Shown piece after piece: positions 38,800 through 56,886 of a stretch of 64,000 bases of DNA (position 1 is its first letter; every line of letters starts with the position of its first letter). The stretch is taken from contig CT868540.1 in assembly GCA_000165425.1 (NCBI GenBank), positions 372,001-436,000 of the forward strand, read 5' to 3'. Origin of the DNA: Paramecium tetraurelia (lineage: Eukaryota). Both the position numbers and the translations under genes were made by a program. The notes beneath the pieces are model-generated. The model worked only from the letters and a program-made list of their open reading frames with translations. It had not been told where the DNA came from and did not search any database.

Positions 38800-41700
38800 T
38801 CATCTTCCTAAACTACATTTTTGAGAGTCAGTTCTTCTATAAAACAATACATAAGCAGCCTCACTTTCGACATTTGCTGATGTGAGTCTTGCACTTGAAT
38901 CATTGTAATCGACCCATTTGTTTATCAATGAATTGTAAGCACAAGCAGTATAATGTCCTCCTCCTAATCCACCAAAGTGATTGTCCACTCCATACAATTC
39001 ATAATTATAGTCGATACGATCATTGTCATTGACTTTTGAAAGAACAAAGGGGTTCAAATTCAAATTTTTAGGAAAATGGACCATCGTTGTTATTTTTTGA
39101 GATCCGCCAGAATAAAAGAAACCTCCATAATTACTTATTCTATTGTTTCCAGATCTGAATCTCTTCAAATGAACAATCAACAGTTAAGGGGCTCTGTATA
39201 TTTCCATCTATTTAGTAGCTTACACATGTTGTTTACATTTGTTACAATACCATTCATTGCCTTTACCTAAGATTTCCTCCTTTGCAAAAGATCTTAAGCA
39301 GTCCTCCAATGTGTATTCCCCTTTTCTTAACTATCTATTTTATTCGATATTGAAGTCTTTGCATCTTTAGAATTTCAGATTATTTAAATCTTATCTGCCA
39401 AAGATAGGATTTAAAATCACATTAACTGAAAGAACTTTTGTATTGAAATTTTCAATAGGATCCTGATTGGTATGATCCATTGGCTTACCCCTATAAAGCA
39501 ATTTAAAGAGATCAAATTTGAATTATTTGATTTCCTCAATGAATTGTTCGATAGTTTCAGGGACACCCTAACAAAATTCCTCTATATTCACACCTTCATT
39601 CAGTAATTATTCAGAGAGTTCTTAGATAATCAAGATGAGATGGTGTTTGAATTGCTGATAGATTTTAAAGTAAATATCAATAATTTTATCTTTCTTATCC
39701 ATTACAAATTATCTAGGGAAGGTTAGGATCTATTCATTATAATTTCTATCCATTTTGTTACAATAATAGAAGTCAACATGAATTTGATCATCTGATAATT
39801 GATGGAATTCTTTTTCAATTTAATATACAAACAATTACCCTTCATGTTCTTGGATCCATTTAACGTTCTATTTTTTCTTAATTCTCTCCTTAATCAAGTG
39901 ATCTTTCAATAAAATAAAATTCATCTAATCTTATTCTATATCTAATGCTTTCGATAATTCCTATCCAATAAAATTGGCATCTTAATCACTCGTAAGATTA
40001 AGCTATATTTTTAATGGTATCTTCCCATTCTGATATATAAAATACAAAGACAATTGTATTAATGTGTATGATGGAATAGGAAGTGACAGACTCATGTATG
40101 GATCAAATGTCTTCGAAACTCTATGACAATATGGACAAACAAGAGTAGACTTATATTGACCCACCATCAATTATTGGATCTTACTCTAATTTCTGAGAAT
40201 GTAATTGTTCCAAAATATTCTAGATGCTTCAAAGTCAGTTTCATCTGTAATTTCGACTTCACTAACAAAGGGTTTATTGAGAACTCTATTAAGATCTTCA
40301 TGTAAACCATCCAATAAATAGGATAAGAATTCATGGGAATCCTATTAGCCATAACCGTAGAATTGAGGAGCAAACTTGCCAATCACTCTTTTTAAATCAT
40401 AGGCACTAACTGCAGAGTTATTCCCATACCACATTATTTTCATCAATTCAGCATAGGCTGTGGCCAAAACACCTTTAGTTCCCAAAGGATTATCACAATT
40501 TAAATGCTAATAGAATTCATTACTAACCATGTATTCAGTTAATTCGTAAGTATTGCTTAAACATTATAAGGCAGCATTCATAAAACAAGTATTACCTAGA
40601 TTTTATAAGCCAGTCACACCTTTACGAGAGTCATTCATAATTTTTGGAACATCAGAAACATTCATTTTTCTTTTAAATGAGGATAACTTCTTTTTATCTA
40701 TTTCACTTATTTGCCAGTCTCTACCATATCTTACCTCACAAATAAATAGATCTGAACTTGTAAAGTTGATTTCATCAATCATCATTGTTTTTTCTAAAAC
40801 CTTAGCAGATACTTATTTATATAGTTCTCTCTTTTATAGTTTTTTTATGAAGTCCTCTTGACTCTAAAAGTCATTAAACTTCCACCATCTTACTTCATTA
40901 TTCAATTTCAATACTCTACTTACTTTCTTACACAAATCCAATACCAAATCACTACTATTTGCAGTAATCAATCTGCTTCTATGTTTTTCTTCGTTTGGTA
41001 ATATTATAAATTGGATCATTCTTGGCACTAACTATTTAAAATAACAACATTAATTACATCTACATATTTTTAATGAGTTTAGCTATGTTCTACAATTACT
41101 CTTTTGATTTCGAATCCCCCATAAATATTCTTAAAATACTCAAATATTTTATGTCCAACAAGTATAAAATCTGCCCCTTCCCTTATGTTTTCCTTTAAAA
41201 TATAATTCGTATATGATTTTGGACCAAAGGGATCCAATTCTAGAGCCGATTGCGCTTATATCAAAGAAAATCCATTGATTGGGCCTGGAGCATTTATCTA
41301 TTCTTCAATATCAAGATCACTTGAGACATTGAATAGATTCTCCAAGGCTTCTACTTCCTTTTCCATATTCAAATTCTCATTTGGTAATTCAATGGGTGTG
41401 TCAGTCACATAACTTTTCCACTTATTGAACCATCTGGTTGGTATCAGATATGCAGGCATACCATCATGCTCAAAATATTTAGTTTTTTTCTCTAATTCAG
41501 ATAATCTTTCGTAAGTTTCAAGCTTTGATAATCAATTTATTTACTTATTCTTTCAAATCAATACTTTTTTACTTGCAAGCTAGCATGCTATCTAAATTAT
41601 CGATCAAGTACAACAATGCTTCATTATATTTGATCCCTTGTGCATATTTCTTTAATTGCTTAGACCAATTTTTTGCTTGCTGAATGTTGTTTTAATCTAT

Positions 41701-41955
41701 ATATAGGTTGATCAAATCCAAAACTAGATTGAAATATTTATCGTCATCAATATCTTCTTCAATTTCTTCTTGTTTTACAATTTCTAAGATTTTAATTTGC
41801 AAATTCTTATATCTTTAACTTTAGCTGAGAATATGCTAAATCAAAAAAATTGTCTCCAATTACGGGTTGTTGATCTCTCTTTTTAATATCTAGGTTAGAT
41901 GCTTCAAGGCTTCAGCATAATTTTGGCGTTCAATTAATTTATAACATTCCTCCAT
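38800..41955 (-). CDS. Ubiquitin-specific protease, USP4/11/15-like (DUSP + USP catalytic domain)
   Basis: [19 protein letters not shown]; Cys box [26 protein letters not shown]; His box [22 protein letters not shown]. Confidence 0.92.
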
Positions 41956-42260
41956 TGAAAATTTAATTAAATTACAATACTCTTAATCAAAGTTTTTTTG
42001 CGATATTATTAATTTAATTTAAGTTGAAAGTTTTAGTTCCCATCAGGATCAATATCCTAAAGGCTTTTGTAATATTTTACATGAGTTGGGAGTCGTGTTT
42101 CTCGACTGATTTGATCAAACGAGGAATCAGGAAAATTTGAGTAGAAGGTTAAGAGATGGCAATCCATTCGATTATTTAGGATTATACTTTAAGGAATTCT
42201 TGATAACATTTAAAAAAACCAAATAATGAGAATTGGAACTGATTTAATAAAAATTATTAT

Positions 42261-43868
<1,608 letters not shown>

Positions 43869-44136
43869 AATCTATTTATATATAGCATTATATTAATATA
43901 TTTTAATCTACTATTAAATGAGTAATAGAGACATGTTGCAGACAATATTAATAAATTAATTTATTAGTAAGAATAATATTAAATTCTTAAATAATAAAAA
44001 ATTAAATATGTTGATTAAATTATTTATAAAGGAAAAATCGAGGTAAAAAAATATTTACTGATAGTTTTGAAATGTTTGGAACCAGACACAAAGAAATATT
44101 ATAAAATAATCAATTATAATTTATTTTCAATATTTT

Positions 44137-44766
44137 TCATTATTTATTCTCATCAGATTCCTGGAATTGTTTGTATTGTTCATTTAAGATTTTCATTAAA
44201 TTAATAATGCTTTCATTTTATTGTTCCAAATGTTCTTGAGGTAAACTAAGATTATATTTTCCAAAGTATTGAGCTATTTGAGAATAGTGAGCCTCCTCAA
44301 GACTGAAATATTATAAAAGCTATTTACTTTAACTTAGCATTCAAAAAGTTTGTCTTCAGGTCGTTGCATTCCGACTTATGCTTTAATTTTTCTATTTTTC
44401 CTGTTTATTTGTTGACAATCAGGATGTAAGTTTCTATTTCTTAATAAATTCGTTTATCCCTTGTTCTCTTCTTTCCTATTCTACCTTCACTCTGGTACAC
44501 TTGGACGATAGCTTTGGCTGTAGAGTACTTAATTCCTAAGTTTTGTGCAACCTAAATCATGTTATTGTGATTGAAAACCTATCTTAGGGGTTATCCTTTA
44601 TTGCATGCTTAATCTATAATTTATGATCGTAAATTGGCGTCCACCTTTTAATAGTGTTATGGCCTATTGCTTTTCCGACTAATTATTAGGTTTAAATAAT
44701 CTACTTGAAACTTTTACTATAATTTTATGGATCTAGGATCTCTTCACTTTCACTAGCTTTGTTCAT
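44137..44766 (-). CDS. Small helix-turn-helix DNA-binding protein (paired/Tc1-like HTH)
   Basis: YQKVDANLRSQIIDQACNKGQPLRQ^VAQNLGIKYSTAKAIVQVYQSEGRIGKKRTR; introns 44552-44578 and ~44303-44327. Confidence 0.7.
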
Positions 44767-45393
44767 TTTGATATATAATAATTAATAAATAATTGTTGAA
44801 AATTAATTTGAAATTTGAGACAGAATATCATTAATCACTTTTCATTTTGATTGAAGTAATTAAAAATATATATTTTGATTCTTTTTTTTTTTTAAATTTT
44901 TCAGTAATCAATCTAATATTTAATTGAATTATCTAACTTTCATATGGATTGTATTTGTGCCAGGTCTTGTTAATCCGAGCTTTGAAATTAACATTATTAT
45001 AAAAAAACTCGTTTTGCTTTTTTATAATTGATACAAAATAATTGCATTAATATTTTAGAATAATTATTCTTTCATCCTTATCCAACTTTATCTTAAACAA
45101 AAAATAATCATTATAATAATTATTATTGCTTTGACCATAATTATCTTTATAATTAAGCAGATTTTGATTGGAATAAATTAAAATTAATATTTTAATATAG
45201 ATACTAATAGGTAATTTAAAACAAATAACTTGGAATTAAATTAAGGATAAAATATAATTATTAAAGTGTTAAAGTACTTTTCTGTCTTAATTCAAAATTT
45301 GAGATAAAAACACAATTTTCCTCTTGTTTTATTTTTATTTATATCCATTTTTCTTAAAATATAAATATACTTAAATAAAATTTGTTAATAAAA

Positions 45394-46215
45394 ATGAATC
45401 CAAATACACCTTTCAACGAAAGATTTGCTAAAATCTCTGAAAAACTAAATTCAATACAATTATAACATGACTCTTCTAAGGCACACAGAATAGATACGGT
45501 TTGCGGAAGAATTACAGGAGTGGAGGAGAGAATTCAAGACACAATAACATCTTACAATAGGAAACTTGTATGCAATTCATACTATTTAAATATAGCACAC
45601 ATTAAAGGACGAAATTGTTCGTCTTTAAAAACAAATAGAGGAGGAAAATAATGCCTTCGAAACTTAGTTTGAACAAAGAGTAAGAGAAGTGGCTGCCTTT
45701 GAAAGTAGAATAACAACTAAACTTGAATAAGAGATTGCTTTAAGAAAAGATGGAAATCTTAAATTGCAAGGCTATCTGGATGAAAAAGTAAAAATAAAAT
45801 TAATATTAGGTTGTTTATTTGAAATCGGACATACAAACAGAAGGCAAGATTAGACAGGAGCAAGTTGAAAATATCACTACCTCATTGGAAAATGATTTAC
45901 CTAAACTATACGATATGGTTAAAACAGAGGGATAGGATAGAGAAGACAATGATAATGGCACATTGAGAAGAGCAGGAGATGAAATTAAGCGATTAAATGA
46001 AGGTTTGGGCAATTAGAAGAAATTGAGGTACCGATATAATATATCATAAAAGAGAGGAATCGGAAGCAGCTATATTTGAAATGCTTAAGGATTTGGTTTC
46101 TAGAGTAAAGAGCGAAATAGAAGAGGAAAAAAAATTAAGAGAAGAATCTTAGGAATCGCTTTTAGGACTGTTAGAAGATGCATGCAATAAAATTTACAGA
46201 GCAGCTAAAGACTGA
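45394..46215 (+). CDS. SF-assemblin/beta-giardin family striated-rootlet (kinetodesmal fibre) protein
   Basis: ~250-aa continuous coiled coil with E..R periodicity ending EKKLREESQESLLGLLEDACNKI; three tiny introns; TGA 46213-46215. Confidence 0.85.
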
Positions 46216-46275
46216 ATATTTTAAGATATACACAACCACAATCAATTATAAATATACATAGTGTTTTTAATTTTA

Positions 46276-47089
46276 ATGGTATTTTAACTCTGACATTTGT
46301 CATAATTTATAAATAGTTTGACTTCCAAAAATTGAAATATCAAGATTATCATCGCATCATCTAGATTTCTATTCACATTAGCAAGAGAGTGTATAATATT
46401 TGGAATAATAGTGATATTGAAAGTTCTATCATGAATTGCAGTATTGATTAATTAAAAGTTATATTCTAATAAGTATTTTTAAATGACGATAGGGGATACG
46501 TATTTATGTTATAATGAAAAATACCGAGTAAATTTTCCTAAAGTATGAAAGAATATTTTATAAATTAAATTGATTAAGAATTCCATAGTGAGAGTCTTAA
46601 AGGTTCTTTAAGTGGTTTTTTCATACAAATTTTGTAAATTAATTTATTTTTATTAATTTCAGCTATCATTTTATGAAAGCATCAAAAACAATTTCATCTA
46701 GTCGTACTCATCACTAAACGAGATCATTCATTCTAAATACATTGTAAAATTATCTATTTATATTCTCTCTTTTAGGGACAAGTCTCAAGACTCCATCGTT
46801 ATGAAGAAATCTCCTTCTGAGAATAAGTTAGTCCAAACTTAAAAAGCATATATTATGATTTAACCAAAACTCGTCGAGACATTTGATGAGAATAAGACCA
46901 AAAAAACAGAATTGCACTTTGAGAACTCAATTTCTCAGTTGAAAACACTAGAAATAATACAAGGGAAAGGATAAGACAATAAAGAGAGTCCAATTACCAC
47001 CGAAAGAAAATAAAATCGAAAGCCTTCTATGAAGTAAATTAGTTAATTATATGTTTAGACAATCCTTGAAGATGATTACTTAACTTTGA
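46276..47089 (+). CDS. Hypothetical protein (5' structure uncertain)
   Basis: Open code-6 frames with introns; terminal exon QSLKMITQL-TGA 47087-47089. Confidence 0.5.
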
Positions 47090-47180
47090 AAGAAATGATT
47101 TTTTATATTGAATATTTCTCATTTGAGACATTTCATATATTTTTTAAATATCCATATATTTATTTTTTAAATTTCTAAAA

Positions 47181-47862
47181 ATGAAGCATAATTAACAACT
47201 CCCAAATGCCCATTTAAGAAAGCACTGGACAAGATTCGTCAAGACCTTCTACAATCAACCAGCTGCAAAGAGAAGAAGACAACAAAGAAGATAAGCAAAT
47301 GCATTAAGTAGATCAAAAATTAAACAAATTAAATAGGAGCATCTCCAAGACCAGTGGAGTTACTCAGACCAGTTGTAAGAGGCCAAACCATTAAGTACAA
47401 TGGAGTTTAGAAATTGGGAAGAGGATTCTCACTCATTGAATTGAAAGAAGCAGGACTTAATGCATAATTCGCCAGAACAGTTGGTATTGCTGTCGATCAC
47501 AGAAGAAGAAATAACAGTTAAGAAGAATTGGCAGCTAATGTTAAAAGAATTAAGGCATATTTGTCAAAATTAGTCTTATTCCCAAGAGTTGCTGGTAAAC
47601 CAAAGAATGGAGTTGTCAAAGACTCTGCCAACGACGTTGTTGCTCAACCAGTCACATAAAATACTAATCCAGAAGTAAAATTGACTTTAATAACCTATAG
47701 GTCATCACTTTCTAAAGAACACCAAAGAGAGAAAAGGCTACTGTGATTTCAAAGGAATTAAGAGCTAAAAGCGTTTATAGAAGATTAAGATAAGAATGGT
47801 ACAATGCTAAATTTGTGGGAGTTAAAGAGAAAAGAAAGTAAGCCAAAGAAACCAAGAAATGA
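47181..47862 (+). CDS. RPL13: 60S ribosomal protein L13 (eL13)
   Basis: MKHNQQLPNAHLRKHW, TFYNQPA, LRPVVR, GRGFSLIELKEAG, GIAVDHRRRN, YLSKLVLFPR; two tiny introns. Confidence 0.97.
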
Positions 47863-47928
47863 GTCAAAATAATATAGTGTACATTTACAATAAAAATATT
47901 TAATATAATTAGATCTTATATCTATATA

Positions 47929-50400
<2,472 letters not shown>

Positions 50401-50592
50401 TATCGCTATTAGATATCAATTCTTTGTTGAAAATTCTCAAACTACTAAAATTGAATAATTATAGAACATATTTATTAAATTAATGTCAAGTATTTTTATT
50501 AAATAAAAAGCAACTATTAATTAATATAATTCTTAAATTTAAATTGATAAATTAATATGGTTAAAAAAAATTTCGATATATAAAGAATAGGA

Positions 50593-51943
50593 TCAATTGA
50601 TTATTGATGGAACTTATTATAATAAATGTCGAGTCGCTTTAGGCTTTAATTTTGAATTATGAAGTGGGATGAGATCAATCATTAATTTACTTTTCAGGAC
50701 TGAGCAATGTTATCTTTTAGGTTTAAATTCTATTTTAATTTTATTTAATTGAAATTAATTTTATTTATAGTTTTCTATTATTTTTGAAAACAAAGCCGAT
50801 TTTTCTATTTCCGATGAATAATATTGTTATTATTATTAATTTTATTATGCTTAGAATTGCTGTGGATTAAGGAAATTATTTTAACTTTTAAAATTAGTTT
50901 CACTCATTGGAACATTTTGTGAAATACTCCTAAATTTAACGTTAATTGAAGGCATCTTACCTGGATTGTGACTATTATTAATGCCATTGTTTTTGAATGG
51001 ACTTGTGGGAGCATTTTATTTAATTGATTTATTTGATGGTTGCGAAGGCTTAGTTGGAGATGATTGAGTTGATAATTAATGGCTTGGGATTAATTATTGT
51101 AATTTTATCTTTTGCAATTTTTATTCAATCTTATTATTATACACTTCTTGATCCAAATTGACTGACCAATTCAATGATTATTTGATATGTTGATTTTATT
51201 AAAGTAACTAATTGAATATTCTATCCATATTCTAGTCTCTGTTTTAGAAATATAGGATTTATTCATCTTGACTTCTATATATTATGATTGTATTGTATAC
51301 TTGTCGACACTGCTTATCACATCATATAGTTTAGGGAATACTTTCAAATAGTAATTGTTCAACTTCTTATTGTTTTTCATATTAACTTGCCAATCATTTT
51401 AAATATTCTTCTTGTTTGTAACTTAAACTGAATAGAATTGATTCTGAAGTTTCTCTTCATCATTGTTGTTATCTTGACTGTGTATCTTAATATTGATTAA
51501 GAATTACTCTTTTGACTTCAATCTTTTGGTTCTTATTTGTTAGTACTTCAATCTAAAGTCTGCACTCACCATAAATGGCTTAAATCAATTGACAAATTAG
51601 ACTATTCTTCCCTTCAAAAGTTTAAGTTAAACAATTATATATAGATGGTTAAAATTTAGATTCTTTGCATCTTATAATTTACCTTTTTGCCATCATCAAT
51701 TAGAAAGCTTCTGAAATTCTTGCCATAAATCTATTCACTAATCTAAAGTATAATATTCCAATCATACTTCAATTCTTATTCGTTGATCGTTTAATAATGA
51801 TAAAATTGGTTTATTAGCCTTGCTTCTTGCATAGTGTAATATTGATAAAGTTCATTTAATTCATTTTATGATTTTTGTTATAAGAAAGCCATAGCACATA
51901 ATTCCTTAAATAAAAAGTTCAGAGTGTCTTAATTAATTTCCAT
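50593..51943 (-). CDS. Hypothetical Q-rich protein
   Basis: MEINQDTLNFLFKELCAM start, tiny introns, S/P/Q-rich C-terminal part, TGA at 50593. Confidence 0.55.
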
Positions 51944-52196
51944 TTAGTAAATTATAAAATAATAAAAATAATCTTTACATAACATAAGTTCTATCTATTC
52001 CTTTAATGAGAAGATCGAAGCATATGAATTAACATCAATCTATATATAGCAAATTTCAGATGTATGCCAAAATGGACAATTTTCTGCATTAGTTCTTCTC
52101 TAATATATACAATATATGCTATCAATTAAGATATTCCCAAAAAAATTAAGTCTTATTGAAATGATTAAAGTTTTTACAATTATATATATATGTAGA

Positions 52197-53547
52197 TCAT
52201 TAATCAAATATGTCCTTTTTAATAAAGTTTCTTACTCCTGTCATTTTTTGGTAATCGTTCGCAATTTCAATTTGCAATTGATGATTATTCGTATGGCCTA
52301 TGCAGTATAAATTTGCATAGGAGTTTATTTTTTCTTTTTTAATAATTTACTTGCAAGACTTTGAGATTAGATAGTTCATTTGACTATCAGGAATTTCTTC
52401 ATTTTAGTGTTTATCAAACCATATTATAAAAGCATTTAAATCATCCATTTGAAATATTTGATTTCTATAAATTTCGAGAAATGAGCAAATGATGGTTGAT
52501 ATTTAAAATATATTTGTTGCTAAAATGAAATCCCAGAATCTGCATACATTGTTGAGATGAAAATTGTATAAGAACATAGTCATTATTATTTTAGTAAGCC
52601 AAAATGCATTGGAGACCTCCAACTTATGATAAATATGTTAATGGAGATCAGGAATCTTAAATTTAATTTCTTATTAGCAAATAAATTCAAGTAATTTCAA
52701 TAGGGGAATTTCTTCTGAAAAAAGATAATAAATTAGGAATTTCGGATTGATCATCATCTGAGCCAAGAATTAAAGACTCTAAGTGACATTTTTGTTATTA
52801 ATGATCAAAGTAAAACCCGCTAGAAAGTTCATACCTTAACAATAACCTAGTTTTGGAAATAATTTGGATAGTTTAATCAATACTTTTTCAAGGTCTTATT
52901 TACCTTGGCCAGATTCAAAGTATTTAATATCTTTAGTTGAAACAGTTCTATGTGTATCTTTTTTTATTTTAAAAACTTATTTTTTATCTTCGTCAACAAA
53001 CGATAAATGATCAGATTGTATAGTGCATTTGGGAATGTAGGCCATCAATTACCAACAAGACCATCTCATTCTTTATTTTGGAGGCCCTCCAATAAGTTTC
53101 ATTCTATAATAAAATGGTGAATAATTACTTAAATTCATATTTTTACAAGACATAGAAATTGATGATTATCATATCCAAAATAGAATTACAATAAGGATAG
53201 TTCTTCTGATATTCATTAAGATCTTTTTGATCAATGGTGGAAGTCGAAGGATCATCAGTGTCTTCGGAATCATCAATTTCAGAGAAATATTTAGTAGATG
53301 CCTCATAACATTAGTGATCAATTTAACTTATTAGTACAGATTCATGAAGAGTCTCAAGCCAATCATTAAGAGAGTTAGTTTAGATTTTCTCGCTTGAATG
53401 GGTGGCAATTAATGATTATTTATTTGGTTATTCATTATCCAACTTGGCAAACTGTTGAACGTAGGTCACTTTCCTCTATTTGTTCTTAATCTCTGCTTAA
53501 ACCTAAACTTCATTCCCTTCACCAGCACACAAAGTTTAATTTCCCAT
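52197..53547 (-). CDS. TBC-domain Rab GTPase-activating protein with N-myristoylation-type start
   Basis: MGNQTLCAG; GGPPKQRMRWSCW; Arg finger IKKDTHRT; Gln finger GYCQGMNFL; TGA at 52197. Confidence 0.85.
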
Positions 53548-53748
53548 TTTTATAATAATGATTTACAGAAAATACTATTTCATATTCTTAAAACTAAGGA
53601 ACCTCTCAAATCATCACTTTTCTATCAAACACTCCCCAATGGTATCACTAGAGGTATGATTCAATAATAGCCATTTAATAATATATAATTTATTTTAAAA
53701 GAGTCTCACATAGTAAAACTAATATATAATCTATATACAATATTCATT

Positions 53749-56700
53749 TCATTTAATTGATTCTAATAAGTTAGTGATAAAATTGCCCAAAGTTTTATTC
53801 AATTTTTATTGCTTCTTTTTACCTAAAATTACGTAGTTGCAATAAAATTCTCTTTTTTGTTCAAGTTAACTTAAAGTCGCTTAAAAAAAATCAAATATCT
53901 TGCCAATGTGAATACAAGAATTAGTTAGTAGTTTTCTATTCAAAGGACTGAAAATCGTTATTGGTAATTACGGTAAACAATAATCTTATAGCTTAAAAAA
54001 ATAGCTATTAGATATATATTAGATAGTGAATACCTCGATGATGGATTTTTCATATCAGCCAATAGACCTATTCCAGTAGTTGTAGAATTAAATTCATTTA
54101 CATAATACTTAAGCAAATCAATGAAGTATTCTCCTATTTAATTTTAGGCTACTCTATTTTCTCTTAGATAAGAATATACCATAATTATTAGAGAGTAAGA
54201 AGAGAGGCCACCTTTACCATAAATATATTTAATATACCAGTATATGATTCTGATAATCCTAATTTCTTTATCATGCTCTTCAAAATCAATACCAATTATT
54301 AGATAACTGGATATTCTTTCATCCATTATTTAACTAAATTTGTAGTCATAAAACCAGAATGAGGAGAATCATATGTGCTTCCACTAAAATTGAACGAGAT
54401 ATCAACTTTGATGCAACTTTTTATCTTTAATTTCAGCTTTTTCCACTTCTGAATATCTGTATCAGTTAGATTTCTTCCTTCGAATTCAGTCTAAGAGACT
54501 TGAGGATCTATTTCGAGTTTAATTACTGGGACGACTGAATTGAAAATGGGACTAAACTCATGCAATAAACATACTTAGATTTTATAACCCATTTCCTTTT
54601 AGAGAATTCAAAAAATAAGTTATCAAAAAGAGCCTTAATAACATTTCTATTCATAGGTTAAAATCCACTAATGCCAATATCTATATCCGAATCAATTAAT
54701 GCCAATCCAGTAGCACAAGAACCAAACAATCTTGATATTGATTATATTCTTACTATATCATATCATCAGGTATTCCATAGAACACCTTCTAAATTACTAG
54801 TTTAATTCTGTCAAAAGCTAGAAGTCTAAAGGGTAACATCTCTTCATAATCATTCATAATGTTATCAGTGAATTCAACAATATCATAACTAATCTATTCA
54901 ATTAATTTCTATTGTGCTCTTTATTAGACATTTTCAATTTATTCCTTTAGACTGCCATCCTATATCTAATTAGATGATGAGATTGATTCAGTTTCCTATT
55001 ACTCAAATCGAATTGCAGACTTTCTTGTTTTCAATCTTTATTTCTTCTCCTCCTCTGATGTAGAAGCAGTTCTATTTGAGCAGAGACTTCTTATAGTTTA
55101 AGCCTAGGTTTCTACAGAGAATCTGGTAATTTCAGATTCAGGAGATTATAGTTACATCTATTCGTCTCTGCTTTCTGGGATAGATCTCCAAACTGTTTTC
55201 TATTTCTTCTTAATCTTTTTTTTCTCTTTTATCACTTCATCTTTGTATGCATATTCATCTGCCAAAGATCCAAATACTATTTCTAAAATATTTGCAGTTA
55301 TTGTTCGAGTGTATTCTACAAAGTCATCATTAGTTGGATATTACGAATTTTCTACAAAGGCTTGAGAGATATTGGCTTATCCTAATTCAATAATACTTTG
55401 ACTTTCTAAAACATTTTTTTATCTTTCATTTTTCTGTTATTTCTGAGATTGACAGCTTTGAGCATTCACTTCACTTAAAATTAAATAAGAATTTATACTT
55501 CTGATCATCACTATTTTCCCAAGCTGAGGGTGTATTTGGTGGTGTCACATAAGAATAGGCAAAATTATTTTATGAATACGATCTCGAAAATCTTAGTATG
55601 TTTGAGTCTTATAAATTCTTGCTTGAGAGACGTTGATTCAATTCAATAGGATCAAGAGTTTTCTTATATTCAATTTTTTCGGACTTTTTTTTCTTTAACT
55701 TTTTCTTGTCTTTTTTCTTCTTAATTTATAATTCACTGTTGAATAGTTCATTCTCCAAATGTTCTTAAAACAATTGAATCACAATCTAATAGAATTTCTT
55801 TAGGAAATAAGTCTTCTAATCTAATAAATCTGACATTGAAAAGATTAACATAGAATTGATGATGTTGGCATCAGAGTGACATTTTTATTGAAAGTTAGAT
55901 GAGAGTTCAACCTAGGATTTGATTAATTTAATAGCAGTCCCTGAAAATATATTTTCGTAAAAGATATTATCCAATTCATTTGGATGGGTTTTGATATCTG
56001 TGTATATTTATTCAAAATAATAGCTGAGCTAATAAAATTGAATAATATGTTTACTTTCTCTTTATTGTGAGCCAGATTCTTTTCAAAGTATTCCTGTAGA
56101 TCTTTGGAGTTATTTCTAGTTATCATCTATGTTTAAAATCTATATTTTTTCTTTTTATCTCTTTGTATGTTGTAATAAAAATTAATATTTTTCTCGAATT
56201 CCTTTATAATCCAGGCTGAACAACTATGAAAGCTATTCTAATGAAACCAAAGAGGGTCTTCTGCCTTTTCTAAATTCGATTTTGGAGAGGTAGAAAGAAA
56301 ATATTTATCACTAGTTTCATCTAACAATTCAAGAAAGCTGCTCAAATTTTCTAAGTGAGGTTCGCTCACTATAATTGTATCTAGAAAATTTTCATCATCA
56401 AAAATCATCAGCTTTTCATATAATTCCTAAAGTTTTTAAGAATATTTAATACATCTGTTTTTTTGTGAGAGACTCTCGTTTTGATTATAAACTAGTTATC
56501 ATCAATTTTAGACTCTAATTTAATTGTAGCCCTACAAAATATGTAAATAATGTTAACTTTTGAAGAAGTGCATAATTCGAAGGCTGAAATTGTTTATCAT
56601 GTATATACATTTTCATTATTGGAAATGTTCTTATTTATCCTTTTATCTGAAATAGTTTATACAACTCAGATTATTCCAAAGTGAACAGCCTGTAAGTATA

Positions 56701-56886
56701 TCAAAACCATATATACCATTATACTACTTCTTGCTTATAAGTTGTAGCAGCAGAATTTTGTTCTTGAATGTTCTCGGCTTGCCAATTATAATATATTTGT
56801 GGACGATAAGGATAAAAGCAACAACCATAGGGCTGAAGAAAATTCATTTAATTTATCTAATTCATTGTCTAGGTTTATAATATCAT
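53749..56886 (-). CDS. Non-canonical poly(A)/terminal nucleotidyltransferase (Trf4/PAPD5-Cid1 superfamily) with long N-terminal extension
   Basis: LFGSCATGLALIDSDIDI (GS + DxD), KVDISF (third Asp), YTGGLSSYSL, PAP-associated-like C-terminus; TGA at 53749. Confidence 0.85.

Noticed and set aside
41572..41592. Short palindromes CTTGCAAG and TAGCATGCTA
   Set aside because: Inside USP coding sequence and short enough to be chance.
42041..42065. CAGGATCAA complementary to the 18S 5' end, as in U3 box A
   Set aside because: Other U3 boxes are not recognisable; only a 9-nt match.
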